This document shows, in pieces, positions 27,400-36,161 of a stretch of DNA of 64,000 bases. Position numbers and translations under genes: made by a program. Position 1 is the first letter of the stretch. Each line of letters begins with the position of its first letter. The stretch spans positions 6,447 through 70,446 of the forward strand of contig JBAYGI010000001.1 of NCBI GenBank assembly GCA_041666745.1. The letters are read 5' to 3'. The notes below the pieces were generated by a model. That model was not told where the DNA came from and made no database searches. It saw only the letters and a list, made by a program, of their open reading frames with translations. This DNA comes from Candidatus Magasanikiibacteriota bacterium (GTDB lineage: Bacteria > Patescibacteriota > Patescibacteriia > Magasanikbacterales > GWA2-37-8).

Positions 27400-27981
27400 A
27401 TGAATTCAATGAAAGTACGTACGTGGGGAACGCGAGGTTCGGTGTCTGTCTCTGGTCCGGACAAGGTCCGGTATGGTGGCAACACCACTTGTATTGAGGT
27501 CATCTCGGACTGCATCCAGAAGGGTAACGGTTTGGTGGTGGACGGTGGAACGGGCTTTGTTCCGTGCACCGATTCGCTGTTGGGCCGTGGAATCATGAAG
27601 GTCAACGTCCTGATGACACACGAGCACCATGATCACACCATGGGTATCCCATTGTCCGGCCATCCGTTCATCGACGGCGCTCACACCAGTGTGTGGGGGC
27701 CACACGAGCACGGGGTCGGGCCGTTGGAGATGCTCGAGTACCTGTTCCGTCCTCCAATGTTCCCGGTCGATTTCCGGACACTGAAGCATCGGTTTTCAAC
27801 CCACAATCTGGCGGTGATCGGCACGCAGGTGTTGCTCATTCACCCGATCGGTGGGTTCCAGCTTCATCAGGCGAGCGTGTTCAAACAGGCTGAAGCCACA
27901 GGGCGTCAGCTCACATTCGCGGGTGGCAAGAAGTTCATTTTTTGGGAGTTTTTTTGTTCTTGCAATTTTATCTATATTTAG
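27400..27981 (+). pseudogene. high-GC MBL-fold (RNase Z/ElaC-like) hydrolase gene fragment, 3'-truncated
   Basis: HxHxDH (THEHHDH). LVVDGGTG. AGGAGG RBS 7 nt before the ATG. GC drops back to background near 27940, and the remaining ORF tail (KKFIFWEFFCSCNFIYI) is AT-rich read-through. Confidence 0.6.
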
Positions 27982-28050
27982 GTAAAATATTAAGGCGAAT
28001 GGAAAATATAATTTTTAAACAAAAATGCTATTTTAAGCTAAATTTTAGAT

Positions 28051-30681
28051 ATGAAAGAATTACCAAAAGCCTACGAACCGCAAAAATACGAGGATTCTAT
28101 CTATAAACGCTGGGAAGAAAGTGGATATTTTAATCCGGATAATTTGTCTGGTGAACCGTTTTCTGTTTTGTTTCCACCCCCAAATGTTACCGGTGTTTTA
28201 CATCTTGGGCATGCGTTGGAAAATTCTTTGATGGATGCCATGATTCGCTATCAGCGTATGAAAGGTAAAAAAACTTTGTTGTTACCTGGTACTGATCATG
28301 CGGCAGTGGCCACGCAAGCAAAAGTAGAAAAAGATTTGATTAAACAGGGGCACATTCATCCACGCGAAGAATACGGTCGTGAAAAGTTGTTGGAAATTAT
28401 TCGCGACTATGCGGAAAAATCCAAAAGCACTATTTTAAATCAAATTAAAAAAATGGGAACCAGTTGTGATTGGTCTCGTTTGGCTTATACTTTTGATGAC
28501 CAGCGCAGTGTGGCGGTAAATACGGTTTTTAAAAAAATGTATGATGATGGTTTGATTTATCGTGGCTATCGTGTGGTCAATTGGTCGGTAAAGGGGCAAT
28601 CTACTTGTTCTGATGATGAGCTGGTGCATATTGAGCGTGATGCCAAAATGTATACTTTTAAATATTCAAAAGATTTTCCATTAACAATTTCTTCGACTCG
28701 TCCGGAAACAAAACTGGGTGATACAGCAGTGGCGGTCAATCCAAATGATGAACGTTATAAAAAATATATTGGTCAAACTTTTGTGGTAGATGTAGGTGCA
28801 GAAAAACTACTGAACATAAAAATCATTGCTGATGATGGTGTGGATATGGAGTTTGGTACAGGCGCTTTGGGAGTAACGCCGGCACACAGCGCGGTTGATT
28901 ATGAAATGTATATTAAACAAAAAACTCAAGGTAGTCCGATAGATTTAATTCCAGTAATTGGGATGGATGGAAAAATGTTGCCTACAGCCGGTAAAAAATA
29001 CGTCGGTTTGAAAACTGTGGAAGCTCGTGAAAAATTTGTAGAGTGGTTAAAAGAAAATGATTTGCTGATCAAGGAAGAAGATATAAAACAAAATGTTGGT
29101 ACGTCTGATCGTTTTGGTGATGTGGTTGAGGCTCTGCCAATGACTCAGTGGTTTGTCGATGTTAATAAAATTATTTCCGGTAAAAATAAAAGTCTGAAAG
29201 ATTTAATGAAAGAGGCGGTGACCATCGGTCATAGTGGTGATAAAGATAAAAAAATAAAAATTACGCCGGAACGTTTTGAAAAAGTTTATTTAAATTGGAT
29301 AGAAAATTTGCGTGACTGGTGTATTTCTCGCCAAATTTGGTGGGGTCATCGTATTCCGGTATGGTATAAAGGCGAAGAAGTTTTTTGTGGTTTAACCGCG
29401 CCGACTGATGGTGATTGGAAACAAGATGAAGATACTTTGGACACCTGGTTTAGCTCTGGTTTGTGGACATTTTCTACTTTGGGTTGGCCTAATGAGAAAA
29501 AAGATTTAGGTGTTTTTCATCCCTCCAGCTGGATGCAGATGGGTAATGAGATTATTTTCTTTTGGATGGCTAGAATGATTTTGATGACGACTTATGTCAT
29601 GGATACAATTCCGTTTAAAGAAGTTTATATTCATGGCATGTTGCGCGATGAACATGGCAAGAAATTTTCCAAATCAGCGGACAATGGTATTGACCCTCTG
29701 GATGCGGTCAAAGATTATGGTTGTGATGCTTTGCGTTTGAGTTTGTTGTCGGGTATTTCACCAGGGAATGACTCGTCTTTTTATAAAGAAAAAATAGAAG
29801 GATCACGCAATTTTGTAAATAAACTTTGGAATATTTCACGGTACGTTTTCTTGCAGATTGAAAAAGCAGATAAAAATATTTTGAAACCTCAAGCCAAAAC
29901 TTTGGCCGATCGTTGGATTCTTAGTCGCTTGGAAACAGTAAAATTAGATGTTGAAAAATTGTTGGATCGTTCGGATTTTTCATTGGCAGTTGAAAATTTA
30001 CGTACTTTTACTTGGACCGAATTTGCCGATTGGTATGTAGAGATTGCTAAAATTGAGAACGATAAGCAAGAAATTTTGAATTATCTGCTCAATACAATTT
30101 TGAAACTTTGGCATCCGTTCATACCGTTTGTGACTGAACAAATTTGGAGTGAAATTTACGATGAAAAAGAAATGTTGATGGTAGAAAAATGGCCAACGGC
30201 TGTCATTCCGAGCGAGACCGAGGAATCCCTTGACACATTTGAAATCATCAAAAATATTATTACCGGTATTCGCGCTTTGCGTGCCGAAAATAAGATTGAA
30301 CCGGCCAAAAAATTGGACGCGACGATCGGTGCTGACGAAAAAATTAATTTGATTAAAGAAAATTCGGATATTATCAAAATCTTGGCTCGTTTGGAAAATT
30401 TGGAAATTTTAGAAAAAGCTAAAAAATCCAAAACCGCCGTTGGGTTTGTAGAGGGAATAGTCGAAGTGTTTGTTGAATTAGCCGGAGTGATAGATTTGGA
30501 CAAAGAAAAAGAACGTTTGCAAAAAGAATTTGAAACGTTGACTAAATTTATCAATGGTCTGGAAAATAAATTGGCTAATGAGGAATTTGTCCAAAACGCA
30601 CCAGCGGTAGTGGTGGCCAAAGAAAAACAAAAATTGCAAGAGGCGCAAGAAAAATTGGATAAAATTGAAGCTCAACTTTAA
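28051..30681 (+). CDS. valS: valyl-tRNA synthetase
   Basis: HIGH (PNVTGVLHLGHAL), KMSKS (KFSKSADNG), and a C-terminal coiled coil. Contains an in-frame palindromic repeat at 30201-30229. Confidence 0.95.
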   Translation: MKELPKAYEPQKYEDSIYKRWEESGYFNPDNLSGEPFSVLFPPPNVTGVLHLGHALENSLMDAMIRYQRMKGKKTLLLPGTDHAAVATQAKVEKDLIKQGHIHPREEYGREKLLEIIRDYAEKSKSTILNQIKKMGTSCDWSRLAYTFDDQRSVAVNTVFKKMYDDGLIYRGYRVVNWSVKGQSTCSDDELVHIERDAKMYTFKYSKDFPLTISSTRPETKLGDTAVAVNPNDERYKKYIGQTFVVDVGAEKLLNIKIIADDGVDMEFGTGALGVTPAHSAVDYEMYIKQKTQGSPIDLIPVIGMDGKMLPTAGKKYVGLKTVEAREKFVEWLKENDLLIKEEDIKQNVGTSDRFGDVVEALPMTQWFVDVNKIISGKNKSLKDLMKEAVTIGHSGDKDKKIKITPERFEKVYLNWIENLRDWCISRQIWWGHRIPVWYKGEEVFCGLTAPTDGDWKQDEDTLDTWFSSGLWTFSTLGWPNEKKDLGVFHPSSWMQMGNEIIFFWMARMILMTTYVMDTIPFKEVYIHGMLRDEHGKKFSKSADNGIDPLDAVKDYGCDALRLSLLSGISPGNDSSFYKEKIEGSRNFVNKLWNISRYVFLQIEKADKNILKPQAKTLADRWILSRLETVKLDVEKLLDRSDFSLAVENLRTFTWTEFADWYVEIAKIENDKQEILNYLLNTILKLWHPFIPFVTEQIWSEIYDEKEMLMVEKWPTAVIPSETEESLDTFEIIKNIITGIRALRAENKIEPAKKLDATIGADEKINLIKENSDIIKILARLENLEILEKAKKSKTAVGFVEGIVEVFVELAGVIDLDKEKERLQKEFETLTKFINGLENKLANEEFVQNAPAVVVAKEKQKLQEAQEKLDKIEAQL
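30201..30229. repeat. palindromic element, in-frame in valS
   Basis: tgtcattccgagcgagaccgaggaatccc encodes VIPSETEES. About 93% identical to the intergenic copy at 60401-60429. Confidence 0.75.
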
Positions 30682-30714
30682 ATTGTTTATAATCTATTAC
30701 TAAAAAATAATTTT

Positions 30715-31914
30715 ATGAAGATAGATACTGATGCGCAAAAAATAAAAGAACTTTTGGAACGGGGAGTGGAAAATATTTATCCAAAAAAAGATTTTTTGGA
30801 GGCGCGACTTAAAGAAGGTAAACAACTTACTTTGTACACCGGTTATGATCCAACGGCACCGACTTTACACATTGGTCATGCTATCACGATGATGAAATTG
30901 CGTCAGTTTCAGGATTTGGGGCACAAAGTTATTATGTTGATTGGGGATTTTACCGGTATGATCGGTGATCCTAGCGACAAAGCCGCGGCGCGACAAAAAT
31001 TGACCCACGAACAAGTTTTGGAAAATTGTAAAAATTACCAAGAGCAGGCCGGAATGATTTTGAATTTCAAAGGAGATAACGCGGTGGAATTGAAATACAA
31101 CGGCGAGTGGTTGGGGAAATTAAATTTGGCCGACTTGTTGGATTTGACTTCACATTTTACAGTGGATAGATTGATGGAACGTGACATGTTTGAAAAAAGA
31201 AAAGAAGATGGCAAGGCGATTTATCTCCATGAATTTTTGTATCCGGTCATGCAGGCTTACGATAGTGTGGCGATGAATGTGGATGGTGAAGTGGGTGGTA
31301 ATGATCAGACATACAATATGTTGGCCGGTCGTGATTTGATAAAAGATTTAAAAAATAAAGAAAAATTTGTTTTGACTACCAAACTTTTGGTGGATAGCAC
31401 CGGTAAAAAAATGGGCAAGAGCGAGGGGAATATGATCGCGCTTTCCGACGCTCCGGAAGATATGTTTGGCAAGGTGATGAGCTGGACAGATGAGATGATA
31501 GTAAAAGGTTTTGAATTGTGTACCCACGTGTCGGTGGAAGAAATAAAACAAATTGAAAAGGAAATTGCCGGAGGCGTCAATCCACGCGATTTAAAATTGC
31601 GTTTGGCGAGTGAAATTGTAGAAACATTTTTGGGAGAAAAATCCGCAACCAAAGCGCAGGAATATTTTATATCAACTTTTAGTAAAAAGGAAAAACCGGA
31701 TGAGATGCTGGAAATAAAACCAAGCACGTATGATATCGCCACCGCATTGGTAGAAGCCGGAATTTGTAAAAGCAAAGGTGAAGTGCGCCGAGCGATCGAT
31801 CAAGGGGGAGTGAAAATTAATGATGAAAAAGTATTGGTTGAGGATTATTTACACACAATAAAACCAAATGATGTTATTCAAAAAGGTAGTCGTTGGTTTG
31901 TAAAAGTGAAATAA
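30715..31914 (+). CDS. tyrS: tyrosyl-tRNA synthetase
   Basis: HIGH (PTLHIGHAI), KMSKS (KMGKSEGN), and a C-terminal S4-like domain. Confidence 0.95.
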   Translation: MKIDTDAQKIKELLERGVENIYPKKDFLEARLKEGKQLTLYTGYDPTAPTLHIGHAITMMKLRQFQDLGHKVIMLIGDFTGMIGDPSDKAAARQKLTHEQVLENCKNYQEQAGMILNFKGDNAVELKYNGEWLGKLNLADLLDLTSHFTVDRLMERDMFEKRKEDGKAIYLHEFLYPVMQAYDSVAMNVDGEVGGNDQTYNMLAGRDLIKDLKNKEKFVLTTKLLVDSTGKKMGKSEGNMIALSDAPEDMFGKVMSWTDEMIVKGFELCTHVSVEEIKQIEKEIAGGVNPRDLKLRLASEIVETFLGEKSATKAQEYFISTFSKKEKPDEMLEIKPSTYDIATALVEAGICKSKGEVRRAIDQGGVKINDEKVLVEDYLHTIKPNDVIQKGSRWFVKVK

Positions 31915-31919
31915 TTATT

Positions 31920-33635
31920 ATGATATCGTCCGAATCAATTTTAAAATTACTGCAAGAGGCTGGAATAAAAGAAGAGGCCAAACTAACCGCCCCGCCCAAA
32001 CCGGAGATGGGGGATTTGGCGTTTTCGTGTTTTGAATTTGCGAAATCACAAGGTAAAAATCCGGTAGAAAGCGCGAAAGATTTGGCTGATAAATTAAATA
32101 GAATTTTGGTTGATGATAAACACAGTAACAAAATAATAGAAAAGGCCATAGCGTTCGGACCCTATGTCAATTTCTTTTTAAATTCCGGCGCGATTGCCAA
32201 AAATATCATTGGTGATATTCAAAAACAAGGTAAAAAATACGGACAAAATCAATTGGGTAAAGATAAAAAAGTGATCATTGAATACCCGAGCAACAATACC
32301 CACAAAGAATTACATATCGGTCATTTACGCAATATTTGTTTGGGTAATGCTCTGACCAACATTTTTAAAACAAGTGGATTTAATATCGAACCGATAAATT
32401 ATATTAATGATTTTGGCGCGCATGTAGCCAAGTGTTTGTGGGGTTTACAAAAATTTCACAAAGATGAAAAACCACCAAAAGGTGAAGAACAAAAATGGTT
32501 GGGAGAAATCTATGCGGAGGCGTCCAAATATCTCACCGAACACCCGGAAGAAAAAGAACAATCTTTTGAAATACAAAAAAAACTGGAAGCGCGTGATAAA
32601 AGCATCTGGTCATTATTTAAAAAAACTCGACAATGGAGTCTCGATGGATTCAATAAAGTTTTCAAAGAATTGGGAGTAAAACACCAGCGCACTTTTTTTG
32701 AGCAGGATGTCAAAGACATTGGTCAAAAAATAGTCGATGAATTGCTGGATAAAAAAATTGCTGAAGTTGGTGAGGGTGGAGCGATTATTGTGGATTTGCA
32801 TAAATACAATTTGGACATTGGTTTGTTGCGCAAAAGCAATGGATCGGGTTTGTATTTAACCAGCGATCTCGGATTGGCAGTAACAAAAAACAAAATATAT
32901 AAAAATATTTCAGAGAGCATTCATCTTACCGGCAGTGAACAAGATTTTTATTTCAAACAATTATTTAAAATCTTGAAACTAGATGGTTTTCATCACAAAA
33001 TGACTCACATTGGTTATGGTTTGGTAATGTTGCCGGAAGGGAAAATGTCCTCTCGTACCGGTAGAGTGGTTTTGTATGATGAGGTGCGTGATTTGGTGCT
33101 TAATAAAGTTTTGGATGAAACCATCAAACGCCACAGTGATTGGAATAAAAAGAAAATTGCCAATGTGTCTTTAAAAATTGCTTTAGCGGCGATTAAATTT
33201 GAGTTCTTGAAACATGAGGCCAATCGGACTATTATTTTTGACGCGACTATGGCTACCAAGTTCGAAGGTTTTACCGGACCGTATATTTTGTATATGATAG
33301 CGCGTATCAATAGCATGTTACGCAAAGCTAAAATGAAAAAAACCACTTCCGATTTTAGCGCGTTAAAAGAGCTTGAAGAAAAACAACTTATTTTGTTGTT
33401 GGGCGAATATGGCGAAGTGATAAAAAAATCATTCGATAATTATAACCCATCGGTTTTGACCAAATACTGTTTTGATGTCGCTCAATCTTTTAGTAATTTT
33501 TATTCTAAACATAGTGTTTTAAATAGTGCTGATAAAAAATTAATTAGCGCTCGGTTGGCATTGTGTCAGGCAACCAAACAGGTACTGGAAAATTGTTTGT
33601 CCACTTTGTCTATTGATACAATAGAAATAATGTAA
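31920..33635 (+). CDS. argS: arginyl-tRNA synthetase
   Basis: PSNNTHKELHIGHLRN. The ORF-track start at 31893 overlaps tyrS; the ATG at 31920 (MISSES) is preferred. Confidence 0.9.
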   Translation: MISSESILKLLQEAGIKEEAKLTAPPKPEMGDLAFSCFEFAKSQGKNPVESAKDLADKLNRILVDDKHSNKIIEKAIAFGPYVNFFLNSGAIAKNIIGDIQKQGKKYGQNQLGKDKKVIIEYPSNNTHKELHIGHLRNICLGNALTNIFKTSGFNIEPINYINDFGAHVAKCLWGLQKFHKDEKPPKGEEQKWLGEIYAEASKYLTEHPEEKEQSFEIQKKLEARDKSIWSLFKKTRQWSLDGFNKVFKELGVKHQRTFFEQDVKDIGQKIVDELLDKKIAEVGEGGAIIVDLHKYNLDIGLLRKSNGSGLYLTSDLGLAVTKNKIYKNISESIHLTGSEQDFYFKQLFKILKLDGFHHKMTHIGYGLVMLPEGKMSSRTGRVVLYDEVRDLVLNKVLDETIKRHSDWNKKKIANVSLKIALAAIKFEFLKHEANRTIIFDATMATKFEGFTGPYILYMIARINSMLRKAKMKKTTSDFSALKELEEKQLILLLGEYGEVIKKSFDNYNPSVLTKYCFDVAQSFSNFYSKHSVLNSADKKLISARLALCQATKQVLENCLSTLSIDTIEIM

Positions 33636-33638
33636 AAT

Positions 33639-34730
33639 ATGTTTTATCAAAAAATATTACGTCCAATTTTATTTAAAACTGATCCGGAATGGATACACGA
33701 TTTTACGTCCGCCAGCTTGGGTTTTATCAGTAGACAAAAATTATTTTTTAATCCTATTAAAAATTTTTTGTTTGTTGATGATGAAATTTTGCATACGACC
33801 GTTGGAAAAATTAATTTTTTAAATCCGATCGGACTGGCGGCCGGTTTTGATAAAAATATTGGCTCGCCTTTGGCCTACCCGATGCTTGGTTTTGGATTTG
33901 CCGAGTTGGGTTCGATAACTTATCGCGCGCAGGCCGGTAATCCCAAACCTAGATTGTGGCGTTTGCCGGACGATAATAGCTTGATAGTGTACTATGGTTT
34001 GGCAAATTGTGGCGCCAAAATCACGAAAGAAAAAATGGAGAAAATGCCTCACCATTTTATACCTTATGGTATTAGTATCGCGCCGACAACCGGTTTGTCG
34101 GTGGAAGAAATGGCCGAAGATTATTGTAAAAGTTTTTCTTTGTTGCATCCGTATGGAGATTATATTACTCTCAATGTCAGTTGCCCAAATGTGACCAGTT
34201 GTGAAACTTTTGTACAGATTTCTTTTATCAAAGAACTGGCGCAGAGAATAAAAGAGATTCGTCAAACTGAAAAAATAGACAAAGATATTTATTTAAAAAT
34301 CGGTTCAAATTTGTCACCAACCGGATTAGACAAAATAATTGAAATTTGTTTAGAAAATAATATTACCGGTGTAGTTGCTACCAATCTGCTAAAAGATCGT
34401 GCCGGTATGGTTGCACGCAGTTCGGCGCAAAGATTGGATCATCCGGGTGGAATTTCCGGAAAATTGTTGGTAAAAAACAGTAATGAAATTATTAAATATA
34501 TTCGCCAATCGACCAAAGGAAAATTAAAAATCATCGGTTTGGGTGGGGTATTCACCGCGCAAGACGCTTATGAAAAAATAAAATTGGGCGCGGATTTGAT
34601 TCAAATGATCACAGGGTTTATTTACAACGGTCCGCTAGCCGTAAAACATATAAATTTGGGTTTAATAAAATTGCTTCAGAAAGACGGTTTTAAAAATATC
34701 AGTGAGGCAGTCGGAAAGAATGTGTCTTAA
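33639..34730 (+). CDS. pyrD: dihydroorotate dehydrogenase
   Basis: NPIGLAAGFDKN and the active-site NVSCPNV. Confidence 0.85.
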   Translation: MFYQKILRPILFKTDPEWIHDFTSASLGFISRQKLFFNPIKNFLFVDDEILHTTVGKINFLNPIGLAAGFDKNIGSPLAYPMLGFGFAELGSITYRAQAGNPKPRLWRLPDDNSLIVYYGLANCGAKITKEKMEKMPHHFIPYGISIAPTTGLSVEEMAEDYCKSFSLLHPYGDYITLNVSCPNVTSCETFVQISFIKELAQRIKEIRQTEKIDKDIYLKIGSNLSPTGLDKIIEICLENNITGVVATNLLKDRAGMVARSSAQRLDHPGGISGKLLVKNSNEIIKYIRQSTKGKLKIIGLGGVFTAQDAYEKIKLGADLIQMITGFIYNGPLAVKHINLGLIKLLQKDGFKNISEAVGKNVS

Positions 34731-34814
34731 CACATCTTTACAGCATCTACATACAGGTATAGTATAATTTCTAGGCTTGTTTTGCCGTCTCTAAGGACGG
34801 AAAAGAGAGGGATC

Positions 34815-36032
34815 ATGCGAATTGAGCGACCTATCCGACCAAATTGGCCGGAGCGCAAATGGCCGCGTGTGGCCTTTATTGCACACGCGCTTTTGGACGG
34901 GTATCGCTCAACCGACTTGATCAGTCGACGGTTGGACGAACTCGGGCAAAAGTGGCCCCAGGATGGCGAGGATCCCGGGTTTATCAACTGGTTCTCCTTT
35001 CCTGTCACTCCGGTGGATGGTCAGGGACAGTCGGTGTGGGTTGATTTCTATATCATCCCGGTTCTGGCTGGACAATTTCTGGCTGCCTGCAAGAGCGGGC
35101 AGGCATACGACTGGGCGGAAGCTGTCGCACTCGCCGCGATCGCTGAAGCCAAGGCCGACGGTGTTCACATTACCGTTGGTTGGGGTGCGTTGACGAAAGT
35201 CGCGACTACTCACGGCGCTCGTTTTTTGGAGCGTAATGCGTGGGTGAAGTCCGACGATATGGTTTCGACTACCCATGGTGATGCCGGCACGGCCGCCTTG
35301 GTTCTCGAGACTATCCGTCGAGCTGGTTTCAAGCGAGGTTTTCGCGTTGCGGTGATTGGTGCCAACGGCGCCATCGGTGACGCGATTTCACGTTTGCTTC
35401 CTTCGCTTTCTCCTGAGAGCATCTTGCTCGTGGGGAAGGGCGGAGAGGTGAATGCCTCCCGCTTGAACGAATTGCGCGCGCGGGTGTTTGGTGGTGGTGA
35501 TCGAGTCGCCATTCACCAAGACAAATCGAGCGCGTGTCATGATCACCGGAGCGATTTGGTGATCATCGCGACTACCGGTATGGATATCGCTCCGAGCGAA
35601 ATCCCGTTGGGCGCACTCGTGCTCGACATGACAACTCCGTCTGCGTGCCACGCCAATAGCGAATGGCAGAATAACCGGTTGGTTCTAGCTTCCGGGTGTG
35701 GTCGGTTCGCCGATCGTGCCGTGAAGGAATCTTTCGGTCAATTCGGCGGCGAGTTGCTCGCGGACGTTGGAGCTGGCGGTCACCATGTGTTGTGGGGGTG
35801 CGCCGGCGAGACCATTACGCGAGCGGTCGCTGAATGGCACGGACACGTGGCTGGCACCAATATCCCTCTCGGGGATATCCAGTGGTGCGACAGTCATTTT
35901 CCGGAGCTGGGTTTCGCCCCCCAGTTGCCAGTCTCATTCGGGAGGAGTCTCGACTGGTCGGACGTGCACGCTTTCGTCGAGCGTTCACAAAAAAGAATTT
36001 CGGTGCAGGCGTCGCAACACCTTCACCAGTAA
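34815..36032 (+). CDS. high-GC Rossmann-fold NAD(P)-binding oxidoreductase-like protein (foreign composition)
   Basis: GC is far above the flanks. VAVIGANGAIGDAISRLL is a GxGxxG-type dinucleotide-binding motif. A TATAAT-like element is at about 34768 and a GAGAGGG RBS precedes ATG 34815; the ORF-track start at 34782 is also possible. Family is unassigned. Confidence 0.6.
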   Translation: MRIERPIRPNWPERKWPRVAFIAHALLDGYRSTDLISRRLDELGQKWPQDGEDPGFINWFSFPVTPVDGQGQSVWVDFYIIPVLAGQFLAACKSGQAYDWAEAVALAAIAEAKADGVHITVGWGALTKVATTHGARFLERNAWVKSDDMVSTTHGDAGTAALVLETIRRAGFKRGFRVAVIGANGAIGDAISRLLPSLSPESILLVGKGGEVNASRLNELRARVFGGGDRVAIHQDKSSACHDHRSDLVIIATTGMDIAPSEIPLGALVLDMTTPSACHANSEWQNNRLVLASGCGRFADRAVKESFGQFGGELLADVGAGGHHVLWGCAGETITRAVAEWHGHVAGTNIPLGDIQWCDSHFPELGFAPQLPVSFGRSLDWSDVHAFVERSQKRISVQASQHLHQ

Positions 36033-36078
36033 CACCAAGCTGTCTTTTGACGGCGGGAGGTTCAAAATGCCAATAGGC

Positions 36079-36117
36079 ACACCCCGGGTTCGCAAGATCC
36101 GGGGTGTCTGCTTTTTA
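36079..36117 (+). terminator. GC-rich rho-independent terminator of the high-GC island
   Basis: acaccccgg/ccggggtgt stem followed by ctgcttttt. Confidence 0.75.
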
Positions 36118-36125
36118 TATGAAGT

Positions 36126-36143
36126 TTTTTGTGGTATAATATA
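36126..36143 (+). promoter_or_regulatory. extended -10 promoter (same TTTTTGTGGTATAATATA motif as pgk)
   Basis: TGGTATAAT ending at 36140. The ATG is at 36162. Confidence 0.5.
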
Positions 36144-36161
36144 CAAAGAATTAAAAATTTT

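Noticed and set aside
27406-27789. 127-aa minus-strand ORF and 27693-27893 plus-frame ORF inside the MBL island
   Set aside because: Spurious long frames produced by high GC. The plus-strand MBL frame has the motifs.
30156-31775. Antisense ORFs within valS and tyrS (30156-30620, 31305-31775)
   Set aside because: Entirely antisense to aaRS genes that have canonical motifs.
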